Shown here piece after piece: positions 60,456 through 64,000 of a DNA stretch of 64,000 bases; within the stretch, counting starts at the first letter, position 1; each line of letters opens with the position of its first letter. The notes beneath the pieces are model-generated. The model made no database searches and had not been told where the DNA came from. It saw nothing but the letters and a program-made list of their open reading frames with translations. Source of the DNA: Chiloscyllium plagiosum (Eukaryota); the NCBI RefSeq assembly GCF_004010195.1, contig NC_057719.1, positions 60,499,080-60,563,079 on the forward strand. The letters run 5' to 3'. A program made the translations under genes and the position numbers.

Positions 60456-60960
60456 TTTGATTTGATGTAAAAACATCTTTTACACACAGAACACTACAAA
60501 ATCATAACTGATGGGAAAATATACATATTTTCTCTCATTTGCATATAATCATTAACTGGCTGTTGCAAGTGGTCATACTTATTTTCTGCTTGCCATTTTG
60601 AGCAGAATTTTGGTCAACCACATTCTGATCATTCCACAACAAGCAGCCCAACATACATTTAAATTTAGGGCTTGTATATTTCATTCACTTCTGAATACAT
60701 GCCTTTAAATCATTCCTGCATGAAAACGTTAAAAGAGTATTAAAAGCCTTGTATATTCAACTGCATTTCCCATTGGCCCTACAATCCTCTAAACATATGG
60801 CAATTATGTTTTAAACTGAATATATCGTAAATCATATTTGTGTAAATATTGAAATGACTTATTACAGTACATTGCATGGCATTTAAAATGACTCTGTTTA
60901 CACATGGGCAATTTGTCTGTTATATGCAGCTGCCCAGCAATCCCTTCAGACCAATCTATA

Positions 60961-62316
60961 CAGTCTGTTCAGCTATAACGCGGTCGTTGCGTTCTCATGC
61001 GACCTCATGTTATTGAAAATTGCGCAATAGAACAGAGCTGATGGGAGAAACAGGATTGGGGTCAACCGCCAAAATTATCAGTAAAAATTGAAACAAAAAT
61101 TGTAGCTAGCCTAACACAAATAATAGCACAGTCTAAGTAAATGTTAAAACATATTTTAATTAAATAATACAACACATTTAATACTTTAAAAGGTCTCCAA
61201 CTTTGCAGAGTTACAGTATTGTATTAAGACAAGGGCTGAGGATCATTATCAGCATCATCATTACTTTCAGATGCACTTCTGAATGCAGGGTTGAGAGTGA
61301 AAGGAAATATTTAGTCCAAAAGTGGATACCTATGGTTCATTGTCCTCAGACTGTTTATTGAAGGTTGGCTTAAAAAAAGCATCTAGTTTTTGATGCTTTG
61401 CCAACTTTCTTCTTTCATGATGAAGGTGTTCATAGGGTGCCAGATAAGACTTTATGCCACTAATTGCTGTCCAGCTGCATTCTAGTCATTGTCTTCTAAG
61501 AGCTGCAGTTGCTTCTCAACTTCCCTCACGATAGAAGACAAGAGAGAAGTGGAAAGTTCTCATAGTGCTGCATCTTGAACTTCTTCATCTTTATCATGAG
61601 CTTCCATTTCCCCCAACGGAACAAATTGCTGTAGATCAGTCTCCACTTCTTCAAATCCAATTTGCTTTGCAGGAGCAACACAATATTCTTTGATTGCTGG
61701 AAGTTCCTCTGATGGTTCAACACCTTTAAAATCATGAAGAAAATCTGGGAGAAGCTTCTGCCAAGCTGCATGCAAACATCACCCCTGGCCTCCACAATGA
61801 TGTCAGTAGCATTTTTAATGCTTTTTAAAACTCTTCCAAAATTGAGGAACACTGTTCTCATTATCTCCCTCAGTAGTTGCAATCAGCTTCCTCAATGTAT
61901 GCATCAAATAATAAGCTTTAAAAACTGCTACTGCATCCTGGTCTGTGGGTTGAATGAGGGAGGTTTGTTTGGAGGTAGACAGATCACTTTGATATTTTAA
62001 GAAAGCTCACCAACAGTGGGAGGATGGCTTGGTGCATTGTCCAGAATGAAGAGAATCTTGAAATCCAAATCTTTTCTCCTGCAATAATTTCTCAAAACAT
62101 CCTTAAAAAAATTCAACAATAAGGTCAGAAAAAAAATTACCCTGTCATTCAAACTCTTTGCTTGACCTGAAGTAAAAGTAAAAGTTAAAGTAACCAGGGA
62201 TGGAATCGCATATTAGCCAACAGGAGTTCACGTTTTATAGAAAACATTCCTCAATTCACCAACTGCGTTATAGCCAAAACATGTTGATGAAATACGGGTT
62301 ATATGAGAACGACCTG
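60961..62316 (-). mobile_element. Tigger/pogo-type DNA transposon with a transposase DDE C-terminal remnant
   Basis: TA flanks; TIRs CAGTCTGTTCAGCTATAAC and GTTATATGAGAACGACCTG; minus-strand KILFILDNAPSHP, KVIYLPPN, DQDAVAVFKAYY, AAWQKLLP. Confidence 0.9.
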
Positions 62317-62544
62317 TACGTTTCTGCTATTACTTCATTGGCTCAGGTTTCTCCAAGTTCTGGATTATTTTAAAACCTTGTATTTAAAAGGCCAAAGTCT
62401 TAGTTGATTTTAAACATAGCAGCTATGCAGAGGTAATATGACAATAATTTATACTATATTGTTATTTTTCAGAACTTGAACTCTAAAAGAGGTAAATGGG
62501 GTTCGGATTTTTTAGTGCTGTGTGATGTTGAGATTTTAACTTTT

Positions 62545-62836
62545 AAGGAAGAGTCAGTTACAGTGATCATGGGGGGGATTTCAATATGCAGGTGGATTGG
62601 GAAAATCAGGTTGGTCGTGGAGTGCATGTAAAGGAATTTGTGGAATGTCTATACAATGGCTTTTTAAAGCAGCTTGTGGTGGACCCCCCAAGGAACAGGC
62701 AATATTGGATTAAGTGTTGTGCAATGAGGCAGACTTGATAAGGGAGCTTAAGGTGAAGGAACCTTTAGGAGACCATGTTCATAATGTGATTGAATTTCCT
62801 CTGCAATTTCAGAGAGAGAAGACGGAATCAGAGGTA
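62545..62836 (+). mobile_element. CR1 endonuclease fragment
   Basis: GDFNMQVDW, EFVECL, EQAILD, LKVKEPLG. Confidence 0.75.
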
Positions 62837-64000
62837 ACATAGAACATAGAACAGTAGAGACCTTTTGGCCCACGATGTTGTGCTGAGCATTTATCTTAAT
62901 CTAAAATCAACCTAACCTGCACACCCCTCAATTTACTGCTGTCCATGTGCTTGTCCAGCAGTCTCTTAAGTGTCCCTAATGTCTCTGACTCTTCTACCAC
63001 TGCTGGCAGTGCATTCCATGCACCCACCACTCTCTGCGTAAAGAACCGACCTCTGACATCTCCTCTATACCTTCCTCCAATCACTTTAAAATTATGACCC
63101 CTCGTGACAGCCATTTCTGTCCTGGGGAAAGGTCTCTGGCTATCTACTCTATCTATGCCTCTCATTACCTTGTACACCTCTATCAAGTCACCTCTCTTCC
63201 TTCTTCTCCAGGGTGAGAAGCCCGAGTTCACTCAACCTCTCTTCATAAGACATGCCCCTCTAATCCAAGTAACATCCTGGTAAATCTTCTCTGCACCCTC
63301 TCTAAAGCATCTACATCCTTCCTATAATGAGGCGACCAGAAATGGACATAATATTCCAAGTGTGGTCTAACCAGGGTTAGATAAAGCTACAGCAAAACCT
63401 TATGGCTCTTAAACTCAATCACCCATACACCTTCTTAACAACCCTATCAACTTGGATGGCAACTTGGAGGGATCTATGTACATGGACCCCAAGATTCTGC
63501 TGTTCCTCCACACTGCCAAGAATCCTGTCTTTAACCCTGTATTCAGCAGTCAAATTTAACCTTCCAAAATGAATCACTTCACATTTATCCAGGTTGAACT
63601 CCATCTGCCATTACTCAGCACATCTCTGCATCCTGTCAATGTCTTGTTGTAGCATGCAACAGCCCTTGACACCATCTACAACACCACCGAGCTTTATCTC
63701 ACCAGCAAACTTACTAATCCACCCTTCCACTTCTTCATTCAAGTAATTTATAAAAAACAATGAACAGCAGAAGCCGAAGAACAGATTCCTGTGGGACACC
63801 ACTGGTCACCGACCTCCAGGCGGAACACTTCCCATCCACTACCACTCGCTGTCTTCTGTCGGCCAGCCAATTCTGCATCCAGACAGACAAATTTCCCTGT
63901 ATCCCATACCTCCTAACATTCTGAACAAGCCTACTGTGGGGAACTTTGTCAAACGCCTTATGTCCACTGCTCAATCTGTTTTGTCACATCCTCAAATAAT
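62837..64000 (-). mobile_element. CR1 LINE RT and 3' end, continuing past the window
   Basis: KAFDKVPH, VTSGVPQ, EFNLDKCEVIHFGR, GRFFTQRVVGAWNALP; tail TTCTATGTTCTATGTT. Confidence 0.93.

Overview
Repeat-dense vertebrate DNA with no supportable intact host gene. The tRNA-derived V-domain SINEs (HE1-like), abundant CR1 LINEs and Penelope families point to an elasmobranch (shark) genome; this is inference. The window is a mosaic of CR1, L2-like and RTE LINE fragments, SINEs, Penelope-like elements carrying minimal hammerhead ribozymes, two Tigger/pogo DNA transposons, Harbinger-like remnants, three probable solo LTRs and three assembly gaps. The standout feature is a decayed endogenous retrovirus at about 36.1-41.9 kb (pol, env, PPT, 3' LTR). 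Its pol is class I (gamma/epsilon-like), while the TM subunit of its env aligns without gaps to the filovirus/reptarenavirus GP2 core (reference sequences recalled from memory) and has a Cys-flanked internal fusion loop. Just downstream lies a decayed, apparently intronless CHY-zinc-finger-like coding remnant.
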